Assembly: GCA_051294375.1 (NCBI GenBank)
Contig: CM119271.1
Span: 14,266,770 to 14,330,769 of the forward strand
Length of the DNA: 64,000 nucleotides
Origin: Paraspadella gotoi
Lineage: Eukaryota; Animalia; Chaetognatha
Direction of reading: 5' to 3'
Part shown: one piece after another, positions 25,243 to 42,960 of the stretch
Numbering within the stretch: the stretch's first letter is position 1
Layout of the letters: each line of letters opens with the position of its first letter
Translations under genes and position numbers: made by a program
The notes under the pieces: generated by a model
What the model was told of the DNA's origin: nothing
Database searches by the model: none
The model's input: the letters and a program-made list of their open reading frames with translations, nothing else

Positions 25243-28236
25243 TCATCCAATGAAGGGGATGTTGCTGTAACAAAGCTTGAGAGTGAAAGTGGTTGGTCTT
25301 TTGCCGGGGAGGACCGAGGAGGCGGACTGCTCCAGCTTGATGTGGTTGCAGAGGCACATGGCGTCGTTGGCGTCGGACTGCTTCACCCATTGAAGGAGGC
25401 CGGACGAGTTTTTGCCGTTTCTTGAGGGCAAAACATTTTATTATTATTATATGTAAGTTAGTACTATTATTAATTATAAATAATAATATTATCAATACCT
25501 AGAACCCAAAACTTTGACCCTGTCGGGCAGAGTGGCGCCGTGTTCCTCCATCGCAGCCATCATCTGCGTCTCGTCGAAACCGGGCGGAGCGTTGTAATAA
25601 TGGACGATGGTGTGAGGCGGATAAGGCTTCGCCAATCCTACCTTCGGGTCCAGGAATCTTTTGTGGGGGTGAGGAAAGGTGTGGATATTAACGCCGCAAC
25701 TCGTTAGGTAGCGAAGCAACTTTCGTGGAGATTCGTCATTGGAATCTTATTCGTTTTGAATGTTACTTTGTTTAAATATAAAACATTAAATTAAGCGTTT
25801 ACTCATTCATTTATCATTCTAAGATCGTTCGCTTATTATTCAATGATTATGATTTATTGTTTACTGCTTTCTCCCGGGCGTTTAAACTTTAATTATTATA
25901 GGAGAGGTGTTGGGTTACAATTAAGTTATCAGTGGTTACTGATCAATGATCATCGTTGTGTTTCCCATCTGAACTATAACAGGGTGGATTCAAGGGTGCA
26001 TAGAATGTATTGTGAATAGAATTCACGGCTGCCCGTAATCAATCTGTCCTCAGGTTATAGGAAGAAATTCTGCCACGCCAAGACTCGGTGACACCCCTTT
26101 GGCCACTCCCCACGCTCATATCTACTATCTAGGAAAAAAGTATATGACATTTTTTATAAAGGATATCTACTCGAAAATTTATTTAATTTAAAAAAAATTA
26201 AAATGTTTTCAAATCTAAATTGAATTTTATTTCAGTAGCGTCCCTCCATTTGTTACAGGCAAAAAAATATTACTTCAAATGAAAAATAACGAAATTATTT
26301 GTTTTTATTTTAAATAGAGTTAATTATTTTTTTAATATTTTTTTAATTTGGCAATGCTAAAGGCCTTGCACCTTTTTCTGGTTCAAAAAAGTATTATTAT
26401 AGCTCTCAGAAAAGAGGGAAAGATGCGCAACATTAACATCGGGGCTGAAAAGAATTTCGTTAAAAATGTCAAAAAATATTGCCAAAAGATGCTAAATATT
26501 GAAAATGTTTTACCCATGTTTTGTATACTTTTTATTGAATAAATGAATTATGTTATATACTTTTTTCCTAGATAGTACCCGTTAGGGGGTTCGCAGGATT
26601 CGCCCCCTAATAGTGGTGCATCGTCCTTACATCCCTTAATTCGACAAATCTCCTACCGGTTGCACTTATTGCCTCTGAAGTCCTTGATGGCCGGCGAGCC
26701 GTCCTTGAGGAGCTGACCCTGACTAAGGTCGGTGACGAAGGGCTGCTTAGACCGAGTCAGTCGAAGCTGATTTCCGAACACGCACAAGTTGTTCAGATGA
26801 TCAATGGCTTCTTGGACGCCTAAGGATAATGATAATAATTAAATAAATTAAATTAACTACCGTCATCATTATTATAGTAATCATTCTTATTCTTTAAGAT
26901 ACTTTTATAATTTGAAAGCATAAGTCGGAAAAATACGGTAATACGCTAATGAAATTAGAGGACTATCTCATTCCACATTAAATCACAACTATATCCTACA
27001 ACAAAACAAACCCTAAATTAAATTTAAAATACAATTCTCCCCGACTAAACCGTGGAGACCTTGCTGATCGCCCATCTGGATCATGGCGGCGTCTTCCTTG
27101 CTACGGAAGAATTTGATCCTGACGACATTGCCGAAGAGACAGACGAGATTGAAGAGACGATCGCAGTTCATTTCTTCAGGATTGACGCCGTACAACTGCG
27201 GAAATCGATCAAAAACATCATTTCTCTCGATTTTAAATATGCAAATGAGATTAAAGATAAGAGTACGTTGCCAGTTTCGACATTTTAAAGTTATATTAAG
27301 CAAAAATAACTAGTAATATAAACTATTAGGGTTGTTTTCTTGTAATAATCGAACCATCATAACGCAGTTAGGCATCTCGCCGCTCGCAGCCTTGGCCATC
27401 ATGTCAGGGTGGGCATAATGGCCACCGCCGTAGCCCGGCGGCCCCGAAGGGTAAGCCCCTAAAACGCCGGCGCCGTAGCCGCTCGAAGATTCGCCGTAGC
27501 CATAGCCATAAAAATGCGCTCCCTGCCGGATAAAAAAAAAACAGTTGTCTTCCTCTAGAGGGCGAAATTGAAGCAAGGAAAACGTCAACGACGTCGTAAT
27601 CTCACCGAGCTTCCATTTTCTCCATTGCTACCATGAGACGGCGGCGGAGGCGGCGGCGGCGGATTTCCCCATCCGCCCATGAAATGAGATTTTCCACCGC
27701 TGGCATTTCTCGCGCGAGCTCCGTTAAAGCTCTCGCCGTAACCGCTGTAAAATCCGCCGCCCTCGCCGCCGTAACCGTTGTCGTCATCTTCCCCGATCGC
27801 TCCGCCGGGCCAAGCGTCGTAAGGGGGACCGCCACGCCCACCGGGCACGCCATCCCACAAAGAGGCCGAAGGATTGGGCAAAAGGACGCGAGGTTTGCTG
27901 GGGGTGGCGACGGGGGGTTCCGGGGAGTCCACGCTGAAGTCCCAACTGTCGGCGGAGTTTTGTTTTACCTAAAGTGGATCGTTTGCGCACTAATGAAGAT
28001 TTTTTATTGGAGACGATTGGAGGAGAATTATAGTGGCTATTTTGAGCTCTTTCTTAATTCCTATATTTCACTACAATCTTTACTTATCTATCCCTCTAAA
28101 ATCTCAATTTTCAACTTCTCAATTTCAATTTTCAACTTTTCAATTTCAAAAATTAATTTATTTCAATTTGTTATTAAACAGTTTCCATTATCTTTATCTA
28201 TGTTGTTCATTGCTCAAATGTAATTATTTATTTATT

Positions 28237-28296
<60 letters not shown>

Positions 28297-30209
28297 GAAG
28301 GCTCGTACTGTGAGCCGAAACATGTCTGCTCTTGTAAAAATAAAATTTGTTGCAAAAATAAAATCAAACTTTGTTAATCTCTCAAACAACGAAAAAAGAA
28401 AGGATAATTACCATGAAGTGGCTATTTTAAAAACGGCCACTCCAGTGCGGAAACCTAATTTACAATTTACATAAGCGAGCCGACTCACGGTTAGCTTATC
28501 GGGTTTGGCATAATCGACTCGTAATCCGCAACATCCGGTGTAAATGAAGGTCCCGTTGAGGTTTCTCTTCGCGTTGACGGCTTCATCCTGTTCGACAAAC
28601 TCCACCATCGCTTGGAGACCTGAAAATGGACAATCAGCGGTCGACAGTGAGCAATTAGAAGAGGCGACCCAACGATGGAGCGATTGGGGCGACAAATACA
28701 TTCAATGAATTCGTGCAGATGGAAGAATCGGATTGAAGAACCTGCTTTGCGGAAGATGACGATTCTGGCGACTTCGCCGTAAGGTTTGCATATCGTGTGG
28801 AGGACTTTTATAGTGATCGGATAACAGACATTCTGGAAAATGGTAATGGAAAGGATGAAAGGATTATAATTTCAAAACAAACAAAACAAAACAAACAAAC
28901 CAACGAGTAAAGCCAAAATAAAATCATGAATGATTAAATAGATTGATTTTGCTACCTGCGAAATTTTGCTAATTATCCAGCTAATTATCATTCATCATTC
29001 ATCAATCTAGTCTAATGGTAGAACTTTAAGGCCCAAAATCTATTGCGCTCTGTCTCTCACTCTCTCTCTCTCTCTCTCTCTCTCAAACCATACCTGTATG
29101 GAAAGGAGCAGGACCTTGTTTATTGGCTTGTCGCCGGACCCAGTTCCCCCAGGGACGATGATCTTCTTGCTCTTGGAAAAGGTGCAGAAGGAGGTGGAGC
29201 CGCAAACGCGGACGCCGGAATCGCGGGAAGCCGTCACCAAATCTGTGGCTGCTGAAATGGAATCAAACTCGACCAATGCCTTGACGGACGAAGAATCCCG
29301 GGTTCGTGGCCAGTTGATTGAGGTTTTTTTTTTTTTTGTTTTTTTTTGAGAAATGGTGAATGGGGAATGCAGGGAAGGGATGAGTGAGGAATGGGGAGAG
29401 AAAGAAAATTGATTGTTGACTGCTGATTGGAGGCAAGTGGATTAATTAGATTGAATATTGCGGGCAATTAATTCACTGTCATTTTTTTTAAGACATGCTC
29501 CAACCGAGTCGTCCCATACATGTCAGTTTGCAATTTTGTTGACTGACATCGTCATACTAAACAAATTCTGAGCGGACCCTTTGATTATAACATGATTTTA
29601 TCTGGTTTATTAAAAGATAATTTATTAATTATTATCAATAGCTCGCTTTAATTAATGTAAAAAGAAGGATATCGAATGCCTTCCGAGTTGATTTAAACAT
29701 GGTCCATGAAATGAACAACCGGGGCAACTTTCATTATGGCCTTTTCACCTGTCCAGTGGCCTTGATCATGAAGACGTTTACAATGTTTCCGAATCGGTTC
29801 AAATCGCTCCACAAATCCGCTTCGATCACGTTTTCGTTCAAAGATCGAATGTGCACAACGGGGGAAGGGTCCTGATCGACCGGCGGACCGGATGATCGAC
29901 GCTCGGTGTCTGGGAAGGGAAGAAGGGAAATGACGAAAACACGGATAATAAAAAACAGTGCAAGTTCGACATGAACCGCATCCGAGTACTCGCGGCGCAA
30001 CTAATTTAATAATATAATTTAGTCGATGAAAGAGTTAAATATGTACAAGACAGACTAATATTAATAAAAATAACGTTGGAATGGACTTCTTACTCGAACT
30101 TACTTTTCTCTTTCTCGGCCTCGAAATCGTATCCTTCGGGACGGAAGTTGGGATAGGAAACGTAAGCCATCCGCGCCTTCTTCTGTGTTGGACCTTCTCC
30201 GCTCTCCAT
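25243..30209 (-). CDS. HNRNPL: hnRNP L / smooth-like four-RRM protein
   Basis: About eleven exons. Motifs: SPVVHIRSL, ALVEF, NKVLLLSI, YPIT..LHTIC, LQAMVEF, GCCGLRVDYAKP, Gly/Pro/Tyr linker, MNCDRLFNLVCLFGNV, HYYNAP, FTLKLCYS. Confidence 0.92.
26125..26575. mobile_element. Tc1/mariner-type MITE in an hnRNP L intron
   Basis: About 26-bp TIR CTATCTAGGAAAAAAGTATAT(G/A)ACAT with TA on both flanks (26123-24, 26576-77). Confidence 0.85.
28241..28292. repeat. (TC)n microsatellite
   Basis: Perfect dinucleotide run; shorter runs near 29060 and 50094. Confidence 0.95.
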
Positions 30210-30317
30210 CGTCGTCGTCGTTCGACAATTAAGAATTCTCGTTCAAAAAAAAATAGAAAGACGAAGAAAAAGAAAAAGGATTTTCAAAAAGAATCCCACC
30301 GCTGCCACCACATTTAA

Positions 30318-31373
30318 GGTCCGGGATCACTCAATTCAAATTATAATTAGGCTAAAACCGAGCTCGGATTTCGAAAGGAGAGCTCCTGACGATTCCGAAA
30401 ATGTATTCACTTTACTATTTTTTCAAAGGCGTTATCGTTTTTTCGATTTTTTTTTACAATATAAAATAAAAGAAACTATTTGAAGAGTTGCAGCCCAAAC
30501 GGTAAGGCGGTTTCTCATGAAATTTTGCATGGATTACTTTTAGGTCACGAACTCCAATTCTATGAAAAGATACTTTCAAAATTTGCCTTCCTTCATAGAA
30601 AATTTGATTATTTTAGTCAATTTTTGGGATAAATTCTTGATATCTTTGAAACGAAAAACATTTTTCCAAAAACGCGCTCATAGAATCTCCCCCACCTTTC
30701 CTTTCTTGCCAAGATATATTCGTTTTTAACTTCACTTCATCAAGAAAGTTAAATTCTGTACTCATTACTTTTGCAAGATTCACTACAACATAAACAAGCA
30801 CGGGATGATGGAGTTTGTTCAACGCCGATGTTTTAAAAAAATGGCTTACTGTTTTTAATTTTTTTAAATTCAGATTTGATTTTTTTTTTCAGAGATTCCC
30901 TAGAAAATAGGGCAACTATTTTATGATATAAACATTTACATAAATAAAAAGTCAAATTGAAATAAATTCGATAAGTTTTTTAACTCATAAAACTCATAAA
31001 AGCATAAAAACCCATCTGAAAAATGTGTAGAGTAGTTTGTTTTAGACTTATTAGTGATACAACTCCAAGTATGGATTTGTACCAAAGGAAGAATTAAATA
31101 TAAGAAGTAGAAATATGAGCTTACTGTAAAGAATCAGTTTTAAGTTAAAAATTTGGTTGTAGAAATTTAGCTTACATTTAAACAAATATTTTTCTATTGA
31201 AAATCTAGTTTTACCGAAGAAAAAAATTTGTTTAAATTTTTATGAACATTTTAGATAGATTTTTAAAAGTTTTCGATTATTTTTTAATAGAAAACCTCTT
31301 ACAAGATGTGGGAAATTGATTAAGATACAGTAAATTAAGATTTCTACAATATTAGGTTGAGTGATCCCTGGCC
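30318..31373. mobile_element. ~1.05-kb non-autonomous DNA transposon with TTAA flanks (Kolobok- or PIF/Harbinger-type termini)
   Basis: TIR GGTCCGGGATCACTCAA vs TTGAGTGATCCCTGGCC; TTAA at 30314-17 and 31374-77; no coding capacity seen. Confidence 0.75.
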
Positions 31374-31493
31374 TTAAGTAAGTAGACAGGGATTTGAACA
31401 TGAAACCAAAGTGGAATTTATTGATATAAAAACAGATATGAAGACGGTGTCAATTTTGGACAGAATACTCAGATACAAAATCTACATCTATTT

Positions 31494-31704
31494 ATACAGA
31501 GCAAGTGGATCAGAGACGTGGGTAAATTTTACAGCCTCTTCGCTCATTGGCCGCTTCCATTTGAGTCTCGACCAATCAGAGAGCTTGATTCCATTCTGGT
31601 AATTTCTTCCCGCGCCTCCGATCCGGTTCCGTCTCTATATCAGAGAGCTCGATTCCATTTCGGTGATTTCTCCCCGAGCTTCTGATCCGGTTCCATCTCT
31701 GTAT
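31494..31704. mobile_element. Small inverted-repeat element with an internal ~63-bp tandem dimer, related to the 913-1598 TIRs
   Basis: Imperfect TIR ATACAGAG..GGATCAGA / TCTGATCC..CTCTGTAT; shares the motifs GATTCCATTTC, CCCGAGC and CCGGTTCCGTCT with the Mutator-like MITE. Confidence 0.5.
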
Positions 31705-33196
31705 CTTCTGTGATGGTAAACTGGTAAAAAAAATCTTAAAAGCAATAGGATCGTCGCAATCGCATAAAAAAAATCTGGATTGATAACAAATTTTTATACT
31801 AAAAAAAAAAATCAAATTTGAGAAAAGAAAAAGAAGAAAAGAATAAATATAAAGACAGAATAGAAAGGAAAGAAAAATTCCATCCATTAAAAAAAAAAAA
31901 AAAATTGTCAAAGCAGTGATTTCTATCGAGGAATTCAGCAAAAAAACCACTTTGCAATATTGCTAGAATATTACTACAAAATTAATTAAATTTGAACCCG
32001 AAGACAAAGTGGGCGAGACTATGGATTAATTGAAATCATCTGCAGCATTTTTTAATCAAGATTCAATATCATTTTTGCTACTTTTAATAAAAAAAAATAT
32101 GTCCATTTTGACTTTTGTCTTGAGATTTGAATGACAAGATGGTTTGAGAAATATTTGTTATTTCGGTTTTCGGATCCTTTTTATCTTCCTTACCACTGAG
32201 TCAGTTCATATTCAATTGAAAATCTATTGTTTGCCTTTGAATTAATTTTACAATTGACTAGTCAAAAACTCACATTTTTAGTTTTTATTACAATTTGTTA
32301 AACAAAAATAGTTTGATTTACTTACAATTCTAGGCAAATATTCCTTATCAACTGAGCTTCCAACACCTAAAAAATTATGGCAAAATATTCAATACTTTGG
32401 CTGTAAAAAAATTTTTAAACCAACTTTTAAATTGTGAGGTTTTGTGAGGTGCATTTTTTTAAAACTAAAACTCGTTTTTTAACTAATTTTATAGTTTCAT
32501 CAGATGAGAAACACACTAATGTTCAAGTTTTAAAAAAAACCGCATTCTTTTAATGTCATGGGAATTGTCAGGACATTTTTTTCTCCCAATCGACACGTTT
32601 TTGCGGAAAAAATTTCCGCAAAAATCTGTTGATTTTTTAAATCTGCTAGGCAACCAAACTTCCGCTAAAATCTTGCACTACCCTATTTTTTTCTTACAAT
32701 ACATTTGAAAGATTTGAAAAATTAGTGAGGAGAAAAAGATAAGAGAAGCAGAGTATGGGTAAAAAAAAAGGGCAGGGAGGGAGAACAAGTGGAAAAAAAA
32801 TATTATATGAGGAGAAGAGGGAGAACGAGAATGATTAAGAGAAAAAAAAAAAGAAAGAAGGAAGAAAGAGAATCAGAGAGGGAGAGAAAAGCAGAGATAG
32901 AGCGGAAGGGAAATAAAGATAAAGGAAGAAAAGAATGGATGACACAGATAATTATGAGGAGAGAAAAGTAAGAGAAAGGGAGAAAGACAGAGAGAAAGAG
33001 AGAGGGACAGAGAGAAAGTTCAAAAGAGAAAAGTAAATAAGTTGGTCTTACGCCGACGCCGCCGACGACGACGACGACGCCACTTATGGGCAAAAGCGTT
33101 ACAATATCGTCGCAAACGCTTAGCGATTGCGACGATAAAAAAAAAACAACAATGGCACGAGATGAAACTAATGGGAAAACGAAACAAAACATTTGA

Positions 33197-35836
33197 CTAA
33201 GTGGGATACTCGGCGAGACAAATCGTTTCCGTTCCCTCCTTCCCAGGCACGAAGAACTTCAATCTCTGCCACAACTCCTCCGTCAAAAAAGGCATGAAGG
33301 GATGAAGGGCGCGCATGGAGCCTTCCAAACAAAAGGCCAACACGGACATCTTGACGTGACGTACGTCGGTCTCGAGATCGAGGAGAAATGGCTTGGAGTG
33401 TTCCAAATAGTCGGAGCAGAGTTGCATCCAGAAAAATCCATAGACGGCGCCGGCGGCTTCGTGGAGGTTGAAGGAGTGGAATCCCTCGTTGCAGGCGTCG
33501 ACCATCGAGCGAAACTCGGAGAGGATCCACTCGTCCTTCGCGTCGAGATCATTGAGCCGAAAGAGGAAGGGAGCGGCGTCGTTGTGAATGAAAAAGAATC
33601 GCGTCGCCTGCCAGATCTTGTTGCAAAAATGACGGTGATGATGGATCTTGAGGACGTCGATGTTAATGTCGACGGCGCCGACGTCCTTGTGGCAAAGAAA
33701 GTATCTTAAAGCATCCGTGCCGCATTCGGGGATCCCCTGAGGAAAGGATTTTCTCTGTCCATCTTTGGCCTTGTTGATTTCCTTAGAGTCCAGCCCGGTC
33801 TTCTCCAACTTCTTGGCCAGAGCCTCGAGACCGAGGCCGGTGACCACATCGAGAGGATCGACGACGTTGCCCAAACTCTTGCTCATCTTGCGTCCGTGGG
33901 CGTCGCGCACCATCCCGTGTAGAAAAGCGCGGTCGAAGGGCAAACGGCCCGTCAAGTGACGCCCGAGCATCACCATTCGCGCCACCCAGAAGAAGAGTAT
34001 GTCGTGACCGGTTTCCATCACGGAGAGAGGATAAAGGCCCTCCGAGTCGGTCCAAGGAACGTCGGCACTACTTCCCTCGGGCCAACCCAAAGCGGCAAAG
34101 GGAAAGATGGCGGAAGAGAACCAAGTGTCGAGGACATCCTCGTCTCGCTCCAGAGAAAATTCCCCCACGGAAAGACCCGTTGCAGCGGAGGCTTTGATCG
34201 CGGCTTCCGCTTCGTCTCTAGCGACGACCCAGGAGGAGGATGAAGAGGAGGAAGTGGAAGAGGAAGAAGAGGTTTTGACTCGATAAGCGGGAATCCGATG
34301 TCCCCACCACAACTGACGAGACACGCACCAATCGTGATGCTTCGTCATCATGTTATTCCAAATTTTTGCCTGAAAAGCAGGAAACAATTGTAGATTTCCC
34401 TCGACGACATCGTCGACGGCCCGTTGCGCCATGGCCCCGCAATCCACGAACCACTGTTCCTTCAAGAGATATTCCACCACGTCCCCGGATCGAGAACAAA
34501 CGGGAAGATTCATGGGATGATCCCTTTCCCCGCGAAACAGGCCGAGCGATTTGAGGGCGGCGACGACCTTCCGTCGAGCGACGTAGCGCGGCATTCCCTC
34601 GAAGGGGCCGTCCGCGCGAATGACGCCTTCTTCGTCGATGACGCCGACGATCGAGAGTCCGTGACGCCGCGCGATCTCCAAATCTCGACGATCGTGAGCC
34701 GGCGTGATTTTAACGGCGCCGGTGCCGAAGGAAGGGTCGACGGAATTGTCGGCGACGATCGGGATTTCTCTCCCGTCGAACGGACATATTAACTTTTTTC
34801 CGACGAGACGTTGGAACCTCGAATCCTCTGGATGCACCGCCACCGCCACGTCGCCCAGCATCGTCTCCGGTCGCGTCGTCGCCACGACCACTTCGGGCGT
34901 CATCGACGTCGCCTCAACCAGCGAGTAGGCGAACGAAGTGAGAACGCCGAAGGGGATTTTCGAAGTGTAACCGGGAACGGCGACGAGAGTCCGCCCTTCG
35001 AGGGGACGAAGCTCTACCTCGACGTCGGAGATGGTGGAACGAAGATGGCAGCACCAGTTGACGAGCATGTTGGTGCGGTAGATGAGACCGTCCTCGTAGA
35101 GACGGACGAAGGCTTCGCCGACGGCGTCGGACATTCGTTCGTCAAGAGTAAAGACTCCTCGTCGCCAATCGAGTGAGGCGCCGAGACGTCGGAGTTGAGC
35201 GGAGATGGCGGCGACTTTTTCATCCTTCCAACGCCAGATGGCAGCCTCGAGCGCGGGCCGCCCGATTTCTGCCCGCGTCTTGCCCTCTTCCACCTTCAGC
35301 TTCCTCTCGACGACCGACTGCGTGGCGATGCCAGCGTGGTCGTAGCCAGGCACCCAAATCACACGGTCGCCGCGCATGCGTCGCCAACGGCAGAGGGCGT
35401 CTTGCACGCTGACGGCCATCGCGTGGCCGATATGCAGATTGCCGGTGACGTTCGGGGGCGGGAGAACAATGGAAAACGTTCGTCGCACATCGGGCCGTGC
35501 CTGCGGCTGTTGCTGCTGTTCCTGTCGCGGTTGGATTGTCTGCTGCTGCTGCTGCGGTGGAGATGCGAAAAAACCCTTAGCCTCCCACCATTCCCCCCAC
35601 GCGGCCTCCACGTAGGCGGGATGGTATTTGTCGGGAAAGAAACTCGTATCCTTTTTTCTTCCATCGCGCGGTCCGTCGTAGGTAACGGGGACGGAGATTT
35701 TCTTTTCTTTCTTTTTCTTTTTTGGAGCGACTTCCTCGGCGGCGGAGGCGGAAGCGGCGGCGGCGATCTGACGTGTTTTTGGAACAGAGTTTAAGTAGAT
35801 CGACCCAAAGTTAAGGCGGAGAATATGTGGGCGCAT
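33197..35836 (-). CDS. VARS2: Valyl-tRNA synthetase, probably mitochondrial; single exon, C-terminally short
   Basis: Uninterrupted ORF with PPPNVTGNLHIGH, DHAGIATQ, ATTRPETMLGD, WCVSRQLWWGHRIP, DVLDTWFSS, KMSKS, PFMPFLTEELWQRL. The N-terminus is transit-peptide-like and has no GST-like domain. Confidence 0.9.
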   Translation of the reverse strand: MRPHILRLNFGSIYLNSVPKTRQIAAAASASAAEEVAPKKKKKEKKISVPVTYDGPRDGRKKDTSFFPDKYHPAYVEAAWGEWWEAKGFFASPPQQQQQTIQPRQEQQQQPQARPDVRRTFSIVLPPPNVTGNLHIGHAMAVSVQDALCRWRRMRGDRVIWVPGYDHAGIATQSVVERKLKVEEGKTRAEIGRPALEAAIWRWKDEKVAAISAQLRRLGASLDWRRGVFTLDERMSDAVGEAFVRLYEDGLIYRTNMLVNWCCHLRSTISDVEVELRPLEGRTLVAVPGYTSKIPFGVLTSFAYSLVEATSMTPEVVVATTRPETMLGDVAVAVHPEDSRFQRLVGKKLICPFDGREIPIVADNSVDPSFGTGAVKITPAHDRRDLEIARRHGLSIVGVIDEEGVIRADGPFEGMPRYVARRKVVAALKSLGLFRGERDHPMNLPVCSRSGDVVEYLLKEQWFVDCGAMAQRAVDDVVEGNLQLFPAFQAKIWNNMMTKHHDWCVSRQLWWGHRIPAYRVKTSSSSSTSSSSSSSWVVARDEAEAAIKASAATGLSVGEFSLERDEDVLDTWFSSAIFPFAALGWPEGSSADVPWTDSEGLYPLSVMETGHDILFFWVARMVMLGRHLTGRLPFDRAFLHGMVRDAHGRKMSKSLGNVVDPLDVVTGLGLEALAKKLEKTGLDSKEINKAKDGQRKSFPQGIPECGTDALRYFLCHKDVGAVDINIDVLKIHHHRHFCNKIWQATRFFFIHNDAAPFLFRLNDLDAKDEWILSEFRSMVDACNEGFHSFNLHEAAGAVYGFFWMQLCSDYLEHSKPFLLDLETDVRHVKMSVLAFCLEGSMRALHPFMPFLTEELWQRLKFFVPGKEGTETICLAEYPT

Positions 35837-37233
35837 TCTTTGCGGGGTTGGGGAAGAGCGGGAAGTCCCAATTGCGATAACCACTATTTCATTTTGATTT
35901 TAAGCGCCGCACCGTCATTACTAATCCCCATTTGACGATCGTTTTTGGACATCTCCAAAAAATAATTAGTCGCTACTAATACCATAACATCAAATCTTGA
36001 GTGTCAATTAGGAATCGACGATCACAACTTTTGACCCTGGAAGAAAAGGGGTAGAAAAAAATTTAACCGTGCCATGTCGAAAAGTCACAGGTTGCATTGA
36101 GTTTAGTTAATGTAAAATATAAATAATTATGGCAAAGTAGAAATTAGCGAAAGAATTCCAACGAATAAAGAAGTCATAAAAATTGTGTCATCGCTGCGAT
36201 TTTTTTTTCCTCAATTCTTTTCTCCGGAAGAATTTTAATCATTTCTTTTTTAAAAATGTCATGCTCATAAAAAAAAGTTTACATCCCGACCTTGCGAAGA
36301 AATAAACCGGAAATGGAAAGTTACGTCAAATCATCCGGAAAACTCGCGTCGCCAACGAAACGACGACTTCTGAATCTGAATCTAGGATGTTCTTTCTTTT
36401 CCCCGGAAATTCAATTTCACCGTAAGAAAATCCGAGGCGGTTGGGCAATGGCCATCCGAAGCATGTATGAAACTTATACTATGGCATTAATTAGAAGAAA
36501 TAAAATAACCTATCGCTCTGGATTAACGCTTGTGTCTATTATTCTTAACTTTTAAGAGATATGAATTAAACCATAAGTTTATGTCCAACATCCTAACAAA
36601 CTCTTCGGATGGTCCATTCAATCAGGTACTTCGGACCCGACTGCTCGAGGTTTACGCAAAACTATCGTCCATCTAATGAAAATTTTTTAGCAGTGAAAAA
36701 GCGCTGAGGCAATTTGATAAAGACTATTGTCAGGGCAATTAAAAATATTTTTTAACCTAATCGCTAATTTAATAATTTAATTTTCTCTACAGATTAATTG
36801 AATAACCGAGTTTTGAGAAACAACACGACTAGGGGGTCAAAAGATAATGTTTATTGTTTATTAAAAATGAAAGCATAGCTTACAAATAGGCAAGAGCAGT
36901 TTAAAAACGAAAAAAAAAGGTCATGATTAAGTTATCGAAGACAAAATGAAATGAAATTTTAATAATCTTGGCGATTTTGATCTTAACTTAGTCTGAGAGA
37001 GTGAGAAAATGAAAAGAATGATGGATAGGAGGAGAGAAGAGTGGAGAGGAGCGGAGAGAGGAGAAGAGGAGAGAGGAAAGGAGGGAGTGAGAGGATGAGG
37101 GAAGGGAAAAAGGGAAAAGACTCGGAGGAGGTGAAAGACAAAAAAAACCTGACAAAAGGCGGGGAACAGTCTATAGAATGGATGGTTTCAAGGGGATAAA
37201 AAGGGGAAAAAAAACCCCGAAGGAAAGTCAGTA

Positions 37234-42420
<5,187 letters not shown>

Positions 42421-42960
42421 CGGAAATAAAGGGGAGGGTGACGAGGGGGGGAATTTCGGAGTAGACTACGTCACCATCGATTGGGAAAGGATTGAGTCAT
42501 TCGATAGGAAACTGGAAAAATAAACAAAATCAATGAATGGATTATAGCGACGAAGATTTCGAGAAAGAAAGAAAGATAAAATGAGACCCAATCGGGGAAG
42601 AAAGAAAAAAGTTAAAAAGGCTTGTCGAAAATAACAAGTTATGAAGATAAATTAAGTTGAACCCATAACAAGCCTCACGGACGAAAAATTCACAATCAAG
42701 TACGTATAATTTGTGCAGTTCTGTAGACATTTAGTCCATCACAAAGAGATTTCGGAAACACCATAACTTTTCCAACAATATTATTAATCTGTTATCGATG
42801 ATAGTGGCAATTACAGTGCTGGCTTAAAATCAACTTCACAATCACCACCAATAAGCAAAGAGGAATAAAAAAATAAAGGCAACGAATGTAAAAAAAAAAG
42901 ATCACTTTAGTGGGATTTGTCGAGAGAGTTCAAGGAAGTCCTTTGATTCAGACGCTATGA

